Positions 19,117-28,376 of a stretch of DNA of 64,000 nt are shown piece after piece. This DNA is from an uncultured virus (IMG/VR IMGVR_UViG_3300006802_013268). Lineage: Duplodnaviria > Heunggongvirae > Uroviricota > Caudoviricetes. The DNA is taken from the IMG/VR virus record IMGVR_UViG_3300006802_013268. One strand, given 5' to 3'. The notes beneath the pieces are model-generated. The model was given only the letters and a program-made list of their open reading frames with translations. It did not search any database and was not told where the DNA came from. Numbering within the stretch: position 1 is the first letter of the stretch; every line of letters begins with the position of its first letter. Both the position numbers and the translations under genes were made by a program.

Positions 19117-19973
19117 AATGCGATAACCTCATCATATGCATTTTGCGCATTTAATTTTGCGTTAAGATTTATGTTGCCAATATAATATTCTGAAATAACA
19201 TCAGCAGCATCATCGACTTTAATTTTTTGTAACATTTTTCGATTTGCTTTTGAATATTCATTCCGTAATTCATACAGAACAAATTTTAATTGGGCAGAAT
19301 ACGAAATATAATTTTCTGGTGGTTGTAACGAATTACAAAATAATTGCAAATTGGCAATTCGCAATTTATCCCATTTAGCAATTCCCCATTTTTCTGAATT
19401 TGCTTCATATAACAAATAATTGGATGCTTTTTCTAAATTCCCTACAATCGCTGCTGCATGTACTAAAGAATATCCATTGTCAATAAAAAATTTCATTCCT
19501 TGATGTCTTCGTAATTGATTTGTAGATTTTATCTCAAAATTATCTTTCATTTCAAATGAGACAGCATTAGTAAGTGTCGTTTGGTTAATAAAATAATTTT
19601 CCTCAGAAGAATATATAATATTTTTTTGAGTATTCGATGGGTATTCGTCCCTAGGAATTGAACCTAAAATTAATGGTGATTGAGAAGATACTCCATCAAC
19701 AAAAACACCAAAAACTTGAGCGCCAGGTAAAAGTTGCGGAATTTTTCCAATTCCAGAAACACCACCTTCAGTTGAAGGAATTAACACTGATGCCCAAGGT
19801 AAATCGGATTCAGGAACGAAATTTGTTTGTTCATTGTGAACACCATAAATTCTAACTTTAACTTTACCTTCCAACCCGTCAGGAGGAACAGAATTAACAA
19901 CGACACCAACGAACCAACGAGTATCATCGCCATAAAATTCTTGTTGTAAAATTTTTCTTCTTATCTGTTTCAT
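19113..19973 (-). CDS. gp5 N-terminal OB-fold fused to phage tail lysozyme-like domain
   Basis: WFVGVV...GKVKVRIYGVH...DLPWA...GAQVFGVFVDG..SQSPLILGS; then AAAIVGNL..WGIAKW..QLKFVLYEL. Confidence 0.87.
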   Translation of the reverse strand: MKQIRRKILQQEFYGDDTRWFVGVVVNSVPPDGLEGKVKVRIYGVHNEQTNFVPESDLPWASVLIPSTEGGVSGIGKIPQLLPGAQVFGVFVDGVSSQSPLILGSIPRDEYPSNTQKNIIYSSEENYFINQTTLTNAVSFEMKDNFEIKSTNQLRRHQGMKFFIDNGYSLVHAAAIVGNLEKASNYLLYEANSEKWGIAKWDKLRIANLQLFCNSLQPPENYISYSAQLKFVLYELRNEYSKANRKMLQKIKVDDAADVISEYYIGNINLNAKLNAQNAYDEVIAL

Positions 19974-21307
19974 TCTATTGCCGATTCAGGAATTATAGGT
20001 TTATTTGCCGGAAGATCGTCTATTTTTATTGCTGAAAACGAAGTATTTGTTTCGGTCTGACTCATATCGTGTCTAACAGCAGTAAGCAGATAATCTCCTG
20101 ATCTCCTTTTGTCTATCATCCTAGAAAGGTCTGTAGTTGGTTGACCAAGATCATTATTTAAGAAAATCATCCTGATTTTATTAGCAACAGACATTCTTGT
20201 CATAAAAAACATAAAAGAATCAACTAGAACGTCCATTGGGTTTCTGCTAAGTATCAATTTAACAATTTCGCCCTTCATTTTCAATTTTTCATTATCTTCG
20301 TGATAATTCAAAGATTCAGAATAAGTTTTTCCTAAACTAACCTGATAAACTGTAGGAGATTCGTACTGATCCGCTAATTTATCGTTAAATGTTAAATAAG
20401 GGTCAATTGACCCAAGCATATATTTAGATTGTATCAAATTATCTACAACAAACTGATCTAAAATGTTTCTTCCGGAAAAATGAGTTTTTTCCGCTATTCC
20501 ATTATCTAAATTTATCGCAGTGTATGAAGATCCAAACCCGCCTCTTTCTAAAAGACTCAATGTTGGGTCGGTTTTCATTTCTTTAAATTTTTTGATGGTT
20601 CTTGACTTTTTTAATGGGTCATTAAACGAATCGCTCGATGCTTTTGTATAATTAAGAGGAAAATTTACGTTTATTGGTTGCGATTTCATAACTGCTTCTA
20701 AGTTAGTCATTCTTAATGCATTTTTACCAAACAAACTAGAATATAAGTGATATGGAAATCCTGATTTAGAAGTTGCTCTTTGTTTCACCCAATTTGCTGC
20801 ATCTAGAGGCGTCATATAAGGAACAACAATTTTTCGACTGCCTTGGGCAGTTTCTTCAAACAAATATCTATGTAATTGAAGTCCTAATTCTGATGAAACA
20901 ATTCTTTCAACGATTGTGTCAAGTGTTCCTGTATATGATCTGCTAATTTTGTTTGATTGACTAACAAAAACATGTTCTTCAACAAGATTAATTAATATTG
21001 CGTCTGATCTGTCAGTTAACTCTAAACTAGCATCTATGCTTGCAACAGCATAATATTTTTCAGATATCACCTTATTGTTTTCTAGATCACTAATTGAAAT
21101 TTTAAAGAATTCAGTTCCTTGACCAGCAGCCATTCCCCTAAAATTAAAATCGTCTACAAGAACTAATGATGCGTGCACATACGGCTTGTTTATTTCTTCA
21201 TAAAAAGATGCTTCAATTATGTTTGGCGTAACATTTATTGCTGCACTTTCAGTTGTCCCTGAAGAAAATAACAGCACTTCAGATAGCGCATATGTACTTG
21301 CTAGCAT
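19970..21307 (-). CDS. Putative baseplate hub protein (gp27-like)
   Basis: Synteny between gp53 and gp5; FYEEI, ISRSYTG, SGDYLLTAVRH motifs. Confidence 0.65.
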   Translation of the reverse strand: MLASTYALSEVLLFSSGTTESAAINVTPNIIEASFYEEINKPYVHASLVLVDDFNFRGMAAGQGTEFFKISISDLENNKVISEKYYAVASIDASLELTDRSDAILINLVEEHVFVSQSNKISRSYTGTLDTIVERIVSSELGLQLHRYLFEETAQGSRKIVVPYMTPLDAANWVKQRATSKSGFPYHLYSSLFGKNALRMTNLEAVMKSQPINVNFPLNYTKASSDSFNDPLKKSRTIKKFKEMKTDPTLSLLERGGFGSSYTAINLDNGIAEKTHFSGRNILDQFVVDNLIQSKYMLGSIDPYLTFNDKLADQYESPTVYQVSLGKTYSESLNYHEDNEKLKMKGEIVKLILSRNPMDVLVDSFMFFMTRMSVANKIRMIFLNNDLGQPTTDLSRMIDKRRSGDYLLTAVRHDMSQTETNTSFSAIKIDDLPANKPIIPESAIE

Positions 21308-21309
21308 GA

Positions 21310-22074
21310 CTATCCTCTAATAAATCGATTAAATTCTGCAGAAATTTTTGATACAAAATCTTGTTTTATAACCTTTATTTGTTTTAACGAATTATTGACA
21401 TTAATTAAATTTTCTTCATTAGTTATTGGAATTTTAGTTCCAAAATCACAAACACCTATTATGTTTTCATCTGTGTCAATAAAATGATGTGTACCATTTT
21501 TTTGTTTGACTAAATCAGTAATTTTTATTTCATTGCTTCCATCTGCATATTTTATAAAGTCATAATTTTTATCGAGTGTCGCATTTGGCGCATTAACAAT
21601 TAATTCGCCTGTTTCTAAATTCTTACTAATTATTGTACCATCTATTTCAGCAGCCAAACTATCAACAATTTTTATTTCTGTTCCAGCAGGATATAACTGA
21701 GAAACAGTTGAAACAAGAGAAACAGCAGAATCTAATGTATCTAAGTTTGTCACTATAAAATCTGCTGCCCAATATGGGTATGCAACATCAGAAAATTCGT
21801 ATAGATCTTGACTTGTCATTGGCCAACCTTGTTCTCTCAGATTATCATTCATCAAAAAGAACGTCCAATAGTATTCTGTGGTCCCGTACAATTTGTAAGA
21901 CAAACTATCTGGGCGATCAAAATCTTGTATTTCATAATAGGAATATGTTGTAATATTATCTTGAACTCTGTCAATCAAATCAGCATAAGAAGACAATTTG
22001 TGAAACATTGCTACTTCAGAGCTGTCTCCGAACTGATATCCTATGACTGGAAAATTTTTAAAATAATTTGCCAT
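21310..22074 (-). CDS. Baseplate wedge protein gp53
   Basis: YFKNFPVIGY, DRPDSLSYKLYG..YYWTFFLMN...WPM. Confidence 0.9.
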   Translation of the reverse strand: MANYFKNFPVIGYQFGDSSEVAMFHKLSSYADLIDRVQDNITTYSYYEIQDFDRPDSLSYKLYGTTEYYWTFFLMNDNLREQGWPMTSQDLYEFSDVAYPYWAADFIVTNLDTLDSAVSLVSTVSQLYPAGTEIKIVDSLAAEIDGTIISKNLETGELIVNAPNATLDKNYDFIKYADGSNEIKITDLVKQKNGTHHFIDTDENIIGVCDFGTKIPITNEENLINVNNSLKQIKVIKQDFVSKISAEFNRFIRG

Positions 22075-23309
22075 TAGTATCCACCTTCTAATGCAATTTT
22101 AGCACGATCCAACGTGATTACTTCTTGAAAATCTAGAGAAATTTCAGTTTCAGAAAAATATCCGCCTCTTAGCATACCGTAACCCGTAGGATTGTATGCA
22201 GTGTTAAATGATCTCAAATAACAAGGTAATAATTTGTGCGGCAGATTTTTATTTCTAAACAACATAGAAATGTCAAAGACGTTTGGATATATGTACCCAA
22301 CAGGAATGTCGCCAACGCTTACTGTCTCGGGATACATGTTAACTCGAAAGAATTTTACAATATTTTCTATTTCTCTCGCTTCTCTTTCGCTAGTTGGTAC
22401 CAATTTAAAAGTAAATGTGAAATTTCGTAATTGTACGTTGTCAAATAAATTTCTGATGTTGGGGTTTGTACTTATTCTTGCGGCAGAACTTGCTGCATCT
22501 CCTAGTTGTCCACCAAGTAGAGGTATTTGCTTAATTCCGCTTAAAATTAGAGAAGATATTTCTTTACTTTGTTTTGTTTCGCTAAAAACTGCTCCTGTCG
22601 CTGAACCAATTGCTCTTAAAGTGTTTGTTGTCGCTCCAACAGGACTTGTAATTCCAGATTCTGCAAATCCACCAATCATTCCTAGTGATGCACCACTATA
22701 ATTCATAATATCTGAAATTCGAATATCTTGAGGAAGAGGCAAAGAAACACTTCCGACTATCCTCCCTCCAGACAACAAATTTTCAATAACTATCGAACGT
22801 TTATCAAGTTCTCCGTTAAGAAAATCGTCAATTGCTTTAGATCCAGCTTCTTTTATTTTTTCCATCACTATTTCTGCTGCAGCACTAGCAGCTGCAACTT
22901 TATCTTCGAGATTTTCACCACTAACGTCTGATGGAGGATTTATTCTCTTTTTTTCGTCTTCGGTTAGCTCGATTCCGAGAACTTTTAAGAATTCAGTAAT
23001 CGATTCAGCCGTTCCTTCATAGTTTCCTTCAAGCCAGTTCATATAACCCGTAGTGGCTTGACTTACTGCCTCAAAAGTTTCTCCAAAAAAACTACTTAAT
23101 TCAACACGTTCTATTTCTCTAGCGGAGAAACGGATAATTCCAGGAAAAGATATTTCATTGCCGCCTAACTCGAGAGGATAATAATACCTTTCAGATCCAA
23201 AATCCCTTGTGTTTGTTATTTGTTTGTATTCTGCTAAAGTTGGCGCTTCTGTAATAGTAGTTGGATTGGAAACTACTTTTTCTTCCGAACCTGGGTCTGC
23301 GAATGCCAT
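22074..23309 (-). CDS. Baseplate tail tube cap gp48-like
   Basis: NPNIRNLFDNVQLRNFTFTFKLVPTSEREA, YPNVFDI, CYLRSFNTAYNP, LDFQE. Confidence 0.87.
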   Translation of the reverse strand: MAFADPGSEEKVVSNPTTITEAPTLAEYKQITNTRDFGSERYYYPLELGGNEISFPGIIRFSAREIERVELSSFFGETFEAVSQATTGYMNWLEGNYEGTAESITEFLKVLGIELTEDEKKRINPPSDVSGENLEDKVAAASAAAEIVMEKIKEAGSKAIDDFLNGELDKRSIVIENLLSGGRIVGSVSLPLPQDIRISDIMNYSGASLGMIGGFAESGITSPVGATTNTLRAIGSATGAVFSETKQSKEISSLILSGIKQIPLLGGQLGDAASSAARISTNPNIRNLFDNVQLRNFTFTFKLVPTSEREAREIENIVKFFRVNMYPETVSVGDIPVGYIYPNVFDISMLFRNKNLPHKLLPCYLRSFNTAYNPTGYGMLRGGYFSETEISLDFQEVITLDRAKIALEGGY

Positions 23310-23319
23310 ATTTCTTCCT

Positions 23320-23353
23320 AATAAATAAAAATTTATTGTACTTGTTATTTATA
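23320..23353. promoter_or_regulatory. Overlapping divergent late promoters (minus TATAAATA at 23346-23353 for gp48; plus AATAAATA at 23320-23327 for gp4)
   Basis: Both motifs lie in the short gap between head-to-head structural operons. Confidence 0.7.
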
Positions 23354-23826
23354 TGGCATATTCTGGAAAATACAGAATTAAAAATGTTTCAAAATACAAA
23401 GGGGATCACACAAGGGTCTTCTATAGGTCATTGTGGGAAAAATATTGTATGATGTTTTTCGATACAAACGAATCAGTTAAGCAATGGTCTAGTGAAGAAG
23501 TCATAATAACGTATTTTTATGAAGCAGACCAAAAGTATCACCGATATTTTCCAGATTTTAAGGTTACTTGGTCTTCGGGCAAAACTTCTTTGATAGAAGT
23601 TAAACCTCTCAAAGAAACTAAACCTCCTCAGGGAAAAAGAACTAAAAGATTTATAAATGAAGCATATACTTTTGTAAAAAATCAAAATAAATGGAATGCA
23701 GCGTCAAAATACTGCAAAAAAATGGACTGGACTTTTGAAATTTGGACTGAAAACGAACTTGATCGATTCGGAATAAAACCCAAATCAACAAAACCATTGA
23801 AACCGTATTCAAGGAAAAAAACATGA
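23353..23826 (+). CDS. Head completion protein gp4 (TnsA-like nuclease fold)
   Basis: KYKGD...YRSLWE..WSSEE...HRYFPDF...IEVKP...NQNKWNAA. Confidence 0.92.
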   Translation: MAYSGKYRIKNVSKYKGDHTRVFYRSLWEKYCMMFFDTNESVKQWSSEEVIITYFYEADQKYHRYFPDFKVTWSSGKTSLIEVKPLKETKPPQGKRTKRFINEAYTFVKNQNKWNAASKYCKKMDWTFEIWTENELDRFGIKPKSTKPLKPYSRKKT

Positions 23827-24437
23827 GTTGGAATTACGCTGTATTAGATGATTTTTTAAAAAAAGAACACGCAGATTATTGTTTGCAATTTTTAGATCAA
23901 ATTGAACTTACAGATCAACAAATGTACACCAAAAAGATGGTTTTCGACAGAAAAACAAAAGAAACAAAGGGGTTTACATTACTCTCGTTTGATAAAAATA
24001 AAAAAACACCAGATATTAAAAAATTTGAACCTAAAGAAGATTTTTTAGGTTTAACACACGTGTTTACGGAGATTATGAACGATAAAACAGAGATACTAAA
24101 AAATTTATTGCATATTTTAAATCCAGGAAAAATAAAAACAGTAGACGGCATTTCTTTGCAATTGTCTAAGATAGGAAAAACATTTCATTACGAAAAACAT
24201 AATGATATTCCTTGGAAAATATTGAGCACAGTAACTTATCTTGGAGAAAAAAACAACGGGACTAATCTATACAACGATAGATCTAACGAAAACCCAGACG
24301 AGTCTGTTGTTTGGAAACATAACAGGTGTCTAATATTTTCTAGGAACGAAAACACCTGGCACGACTTTAAAGCAGACGGAAACTCTGCAAGAAGCACTTT
24401 AATAATAAATCTCGTCGATTCTTCCCATACAATATAA
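23823..24437 (+). CDS. 2OG-Fe(II) oxygenase superfamily protein
   Basis: HND (HxD), GTNLY, WKHNRCLIF, TWH, R-STLIIN. Confidence 0.8.
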   Translation: MSWNYAVLDDFLKKEHADYCLQFLDQIELTDQQMYTKKMVFDRKTKETKGFTLLSFDKNKKTPDIKKFEPKEDFLGLTHVFTEIMNDKTEILKNLLHILNPGKIKTVDGISLQLSKIGKTFHYEKHNDIPWKILSTVTYLGEKNNGTNLYNDRSNENPDESVVWKHNRCLIFSRNENTWHDFKADGNSARSTLIINLVDSSHTI

Positions 24438-24440
24438 ATA
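24433..24440 (+). promoter_or_regulatory. T4-type late promoter TATAAATA
   Basis: Exact consensus immediately upstream of gp2. Confidence 0.7.
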
Positions 24441-24445
24441 CATTC

Positions 24446-25039
24446 ATGAGCAACCTTTTTCAAACTATAGAGCAAGAAGCATTTCGCGCGGGGATAACTC
24501 CGCGTACGAGACAATCACGCGAATGGTTTCGTAGAAAATTGCAGTCTATGCAATCTGTAAACAGAAGAGCATTAATGAGAGAAGGCGAACTGTCTAGAAC
24601 TAACAAATCTGCTGTCGGCGGAATGTATATGTTTTTCTACGACCCGAAACTGAAATCCAAATTGCCATATTGGGATAATTTCCCTTTAGTGATTGCAGTA
24701 CAACCTGCTCCTGGCGGTTTTCATGGATTAAATCTACACTATCTCCCTTTGACATTAAGAGCAAAATTTTTAGACGGATTAATGGACATAACCAACAACA
24801 ACCGTTGGGACGAATCTACCAAATTTGGTGTTTCATATCAATATATGAAAAAAGCAGCTAAAATGAAATACTTTAAACCTTGTTTTAAGCATTATCTTAC
24901 AGCACATATTGAAGGAGATATGGCAAGAGTCCCCGCACCAGAATGGGAAATCGCTGCGTTTCTTCCAACGGCACAATGGTCAAAAGCTGATCAATCTGAA
25001 GTCTGGGCAGACTCTAGGAGAACAATCAATGGCGTTTAA
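24446..25039 (+). CDS. DNA end protector protein gp2
   Basis: MYMFFYDPKLKSKLPYWDNFPL, GLNLHYL, KPCFKHYL, EWEIAAFLP. Confidence 0.93.
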   Translation: MSNLFQTIEQEAFRAGITPRTRQSREWFRRKLQSMQSVNRRALMREGELSRTNKSAVGGMYMFFYDPKLKSKLPYWDNFPLVIAVQPAPGGFHGLNLHYLPLTLRAKFLDGLMDITNNNRWDESTKFGVSYQYMKKAAKMKYFKPCFKHYLTAHIEGDMARVPAPEWEIAAFLPTAQWSKADQSEVWADSRRTINGV

Positions 25040-25853
25040 ACCTGCCTCAATCACAGAATTAAGTGGACAGATTTCCGCTGGCGGTGGTATCGCTCAACCA
25101 AATTTATTCTATGTAGAATTACCAGGAGGAATCTCTGACGTTTCTACTAAAGAAATGGGTTTGCTTTGCAAAGAAGTTGAATTACCTTCAAGACAAATTA
25201 CCACAGTAGATAGATTGCATTGGGGCGCACAAAGAAAGGTTGCATATGGTCATTTGACCGACTCGATAAGCATGCGATTCTTGGTTTTAAACAATGCTTC
25301 AGTAAGACGTTACTTTGAAACATGGCAAAATTTAATTGTGCCTGGTGCTGACGGTAGTAGGAATTACGACGAACAACAAGTTGTTGGATTTTACAATGAC
25401 TATGCAAAAACTATAAAGATTCATCAGCTAAAGAAAAATTTTGAATTATCTTTATATTCTAAAAAGTTTGACTTACCTCTTCCAAATTTTGTTAAGAACT
25501 CTTTACGAAATATTGGTGGATTAAATTTCAGTAATAATTTGTTTGCTTTAAATATTGGAGTTGATGGGATTAATGCCGGATTTAGTATAGACGGCAATGC
25601 TTCTTATGTGTGTACTTTATATGAAGCATATCCTTCGATGATAAACGCAGAGCAATTAAGCGACGATCAAGGCAACACATTAGAAATGTACAGTGTACAA
25701 TTCACGTTTAGAAACTGGTCAGGCGCAGCATTAGATGACAATAACCCTATTTCTAGAATACGAAACGAAATTGAAAGAGGCATCGGACAACTTAGAGATA
25801 AAGTAGAAGATACAATTAAATCAAAAGCGAGAAAACTTTTAGACAAAATTTAA
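25029..25853 (+). CDS. Tail tube / tube initiator protein (gp19/gp54-like)
   Basis: Probable start MAFKPAS at 25029; GGIAQPNLFYV, VRRYFETWQ, LYEAYP, VQFTFRNW; between gp2 and gp26. Confidence 0.78.
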   Translation: MAFKPASITELSGQISAGGGIAQPNLFYVELPGGISDVSTKEMGLLCKEVELPSRQITTVDRLHWGAQRKVAYGHLTDSISMRFLVLNNASVRRYFETWQNLIVPGADGSRNYDEQQVVGFYNDYAKTIKIHQLKKNFELSLYSKKFDLPLPNFVKNSLRNIGGLNFSNNLFALNIGVDGINAGFSIDGNASYVCTLYEAYPSMINAEQLSDDQGNTLEMYSVQFTFRNWSGAALDDNNPISRIRNEIERGIGQLRDKVEDTIKSKARKLLDKI

Positions 25854-25864
25854 TGGAGTAAATT

Positions 25865-26557
25865 ATGGCGTTGCCGCGATTAAATGATGTACCAAAATAT
25901 ACAATGACAATTCCTTCTTCTAAAAAGAAGGTCAGATATAGACCGTATCTTGTTAGAGAAGAAAAAGTGCTTATGATGTTTAGTGAGTCCCAGGATATTA
26001 AAAATGGGATTGATTCTATCGTAGATCTTGTTTGTACTTGTTTAGAGGAGAATATAAACCCCAGAGAACTAACAACGTTTGATGTGGACTATATGTTTAC
26101 TCAAATACGATCTAAGTCTGTAGGAGAAACTGCGGAGTTTCAGGTAGCATGTTCGAGTTGCTCTGATATGAATGACTATGTTGTTAATTTGAGCGAACTT
26201 TCTATTGATGCTCCGAAGTTTAAAAAGAAAGTTAAACTGACAGACGAGTATAGCGTAGAATTGAAATATCCTTCTTATGTAGATTTGCATTATGAAGAAG
26301 ACGGAACCCTTGATCCGATTAGTTGGGTTTCTGCTTGTATTGAAGCAGTTTGTAGTAAAGAAGAAAGGACAACATTGGTAGATGAACCGAGGGAAGAAAT
26401 AGAAGGGTTTGTTGGCGGTTTAACTTCTGATCAATACAGAAAAATCATACAAGAAATTCAAGATCTTCCTACATTAAAACACGAAATGCATTTTGTTTGC
26501 CAAAAATGCGGAGAAGAAAACAACCAAATATTAGAAGGCGTTCATAATTTTTTTTAG
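25865..26557 (+). CDS. Baseplate hub assembly protein gp26
   Basis: MALP...IPSS...YRPYLVREEKVL, IRSKSVGE, CxxC pairs, LEG..NFF end. Confidence 0.92.
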   Translation: MALPRLNDVPKYTMTIPSSKKKVRYRPYLVREEKVLMMFSESQDIKNGIDSIVDLVCTCLEENINPRELTTFDVDYMFTQIRSKSVGETAEFQVACSSCSDMNDYVVNLSELSIDAPKFKKKVKLTDEYSVELKYPSYVDLHYEEDGTLDPISWVSACIEAVCSKEERTTLVDEPREEIEGFVGGLTSDQYRKIIQEIQDLPTLKHEMHFVCQKCGEENNQILEGVHNFF

Positions 26558-26742
26558 TGTGCCTCTCTCATAATACGTTAGTCGAATATTATCGAATGAA
26601 TTTTTTAATGATGGAAAATCACAAATATTCGCTAACAGAAATTGAAAATATGTTACCTTGGGAGAGAGAGGCATTTATTTCTTTGTTAATACAACACGTT
26701 GAAGAACGTAAACAAAAACTAGAACAAATGCAAGGTAAGTAA
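26557..26742 (+). CDS. Baseplate hub assembly catalyst gp51
   Basis: YYRMNFLMM..HKYSLTEIENMLPWER. Confidence 0.9.
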   Translation: MCLSHNTLVEYYRMNFLMMENHKYSLTEIENMLPWEREAFISLLIQHVEERKQKLEQMQGK

Positions 26743-28046
26743 TGGCAACTATAGACGATCTAAATCAAGGGCAAGACGAAACTACCCAAGAAATCAAAAA
26801 ATTAAGAGAAGATTTCAAAGCGTTTCTTCGAAACGAGCAAGAAAACAAACTTGCAATGCTCGAAGCTATGCGCGAGAAAAAACGCGAAAGAGAAGATCGT
26901 CCTTCAATTACTAATATTTTTAACAAGTCTAAGAAGGAAGATGATGCTTTTTCTGCGTTTAAAATGCTCGGAGGACTTGCTAAACTTTTAGCAGGGGCAG
27001 CGGCAAGTCTAGCGACTGCTTTAACTTTGGCAAAACTGCTTAGACCCGGAGTTGCTACACCAGACCCTTTGTCCACAATGACTCCACAACAAATATCTGA
27101 TCTGCAATCTAAAGTTCTTCCCGGAGCGACAGATGCTGCCATCAATGCTGGTACAGTTAGAGCTGCAGTAATTGTTGGATCTAAAGGAGTAAATGCAGGG
27201 CGAATCGCACTTCAAAAAGCATCAGAGAAAATTAGTACTGCCCCGAAAGTAGTACAAGAAGCGATTCCTGAACAGAAATCTCGCCTCGTTACTAAAAGCG
27301 GAACAGCATTTACAAAACCAGCAGTTCCCGAAGTATTAAAAGAAGCAGCATGGACAACAAAAGCAACAAAGGCAATCGGTCAAATATTAACATCTGATCT
27401 TCTCGCTAAAGTTGCCGCAAAATCAATTCCTGTCGCAGGTGCTGCTGCAGGATTTTATTTTGCGTTTGAAAAATTAAAACAAGGCGATCTCACAGGTGCT
27501 GGCTTGGAAGTTGTTTCTGGAGTTGGTGGCGCTGCTACAGCAATTCCTGCAACTGTTGCGACTATAGCAAGAGATTCTTATATGTCTGTTTTTGGATCAA
27601 CACCAGAAGGAGATTCATTAGTTATTGGACCCGCTGAAGTGCAAAACCGAATGGAATGGATTTATGGTGAAGTCTGGAAACAAATGCAACAAAAACTAAC
27701 ATTTGCTGACGAAAATCAAGTTCCTACTCCTAGTATGAAAAGTCTAAAACAAGGCATTCCTTCTAGTGCTAATCTTCGTGATGCATCTCAAATAAGACTG
27801 GGATCAACTCCCGCTCCTGCGACGAGCGCTGCATTATCCTCATCAGACAATATGGTGTACAACACAACGGTCGGTGCTCCTGCTATGTTAGCAGCGTCTG
27901 GGGGAGGAGGTGTAAACGTCGTTGCACCGACTACAGTTAGTTCTGGAGGGACTTCTGAAGCACCGATATCAATTAATCCTACAAGGCAACAAGTTGGAAC
28001 TGGATTAGACGATTTATCCAGTTCTCTTGTTCCGAGTCTAGTATAA
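26742..28046 (+). CDS. Putative tape-measure/baseplate hub protein
   Basis: Ala/Gly-rich, KSIPVAG...GDLTGAGLE motif, follows gp51. Confidence 0.55.
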   Translation: MATIDDLNQGQDETTQEIKKLREDFKAFLRNEQENKLAMLEAMREKKREREDRPSITNIFNKSKKEDDAFSAFKMLGGLAKLLAGAAASLATALTLAKLLRPGVATPDPLSTMTPQQISDLQSKVLPGATDAAINAGTVRAAVIVGSKGVNAGRIALQKASEKISTAPKVVQEAIPEQKSRLVTKSGTAFTKPAVPEVLKEAAWTTKATKAIGQILTSDLLAKVAAKSIPVAGAAAGFYFAFEKLKQGDLTGAGLEVVSGVGGAATAIPATVATIARDSYMSVFGSTPEGDSLVIGPAEVQNRMEWIYGEVWKQMQQKLTFADENQVPTPSMKSLKQGIPSSANLRDASQIRLGSTPAPATSAALSSSDNMVYNTTVGAPAMLAASGGGGVNVVAPTTVSSGGTSEAPISINPTRQQVGTGLDDLSSSLVPSLV

Positions 28047-28067
28047 AAAAGGGGACCGAAGTCCCCT
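28045..28067 (-). terminator. Intrinsic terminator with C(UUCG)G tetraloop between convergent operons
   Basis: Minus strand GGGGAC-TTCG-GTCCCC followed by a T run. Confidence 0.9.
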
Positions 28068-28090
28068 TAGTAATTGTTTTGGTGATTTTA

Positions 28091-28158
28091 AGTGCTTGTT
28101 ACAACGCGCCACAGCACTCCTGTCTAGCAGGATACCCAAGGTGATCAACCCACGCGTT
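28091..28158 (-). ncRNA. Candidate pseudoknotted structured RNA element
   Basis: Three helices: AACGCGU/GCGCGUU, UCCUG/CAGGA, AGUGCU/AGCACU; the first and third cross. Confidence 0.45.
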
Positions 28159-28376
28159 TAATTCCACTCATTTTCCAACCAGGCATTTAGATCTGCTTTC
28201 TTTTTATCAATAGCACGTTTTTCTTCTGCTTTCGCATAGGTTTTCCCTGCTAAAGTATCGTCAATCATCTTTCGTAAATGATCTGCTGCAGTTGTTCCGT
28301 TTTCTATGCACCAAATTCTAAATTTTCGGTGCGTTTCTTCGTCTAACCTAAAGTTGGTCAATACAGTTTTAGCCAT
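28158..28376 (-). CDS. Small ribbon-helix-helix-like DNA-binding protein
   Basis: TNFRLDEETHRKFRIWCIENGTTAADHLRKMID fits the strand-helix-G-helix RHH pattern. Confidence 0.6.
   Translation of the reverse strand: MAKTVLTNFRLDEETHRKFRIWCIENGTTAADHLRKMIDDTLAGKTYAKAEEKRAIDKKKADLNAWLENEWN

Noticed and set aside
14958..19973. Split gp5 as frameshift error or stop-codon recoding
   Set aside because: Every junction is a clean ATGA start/stop overlap, and genes throughout the window end normally under the standard code.
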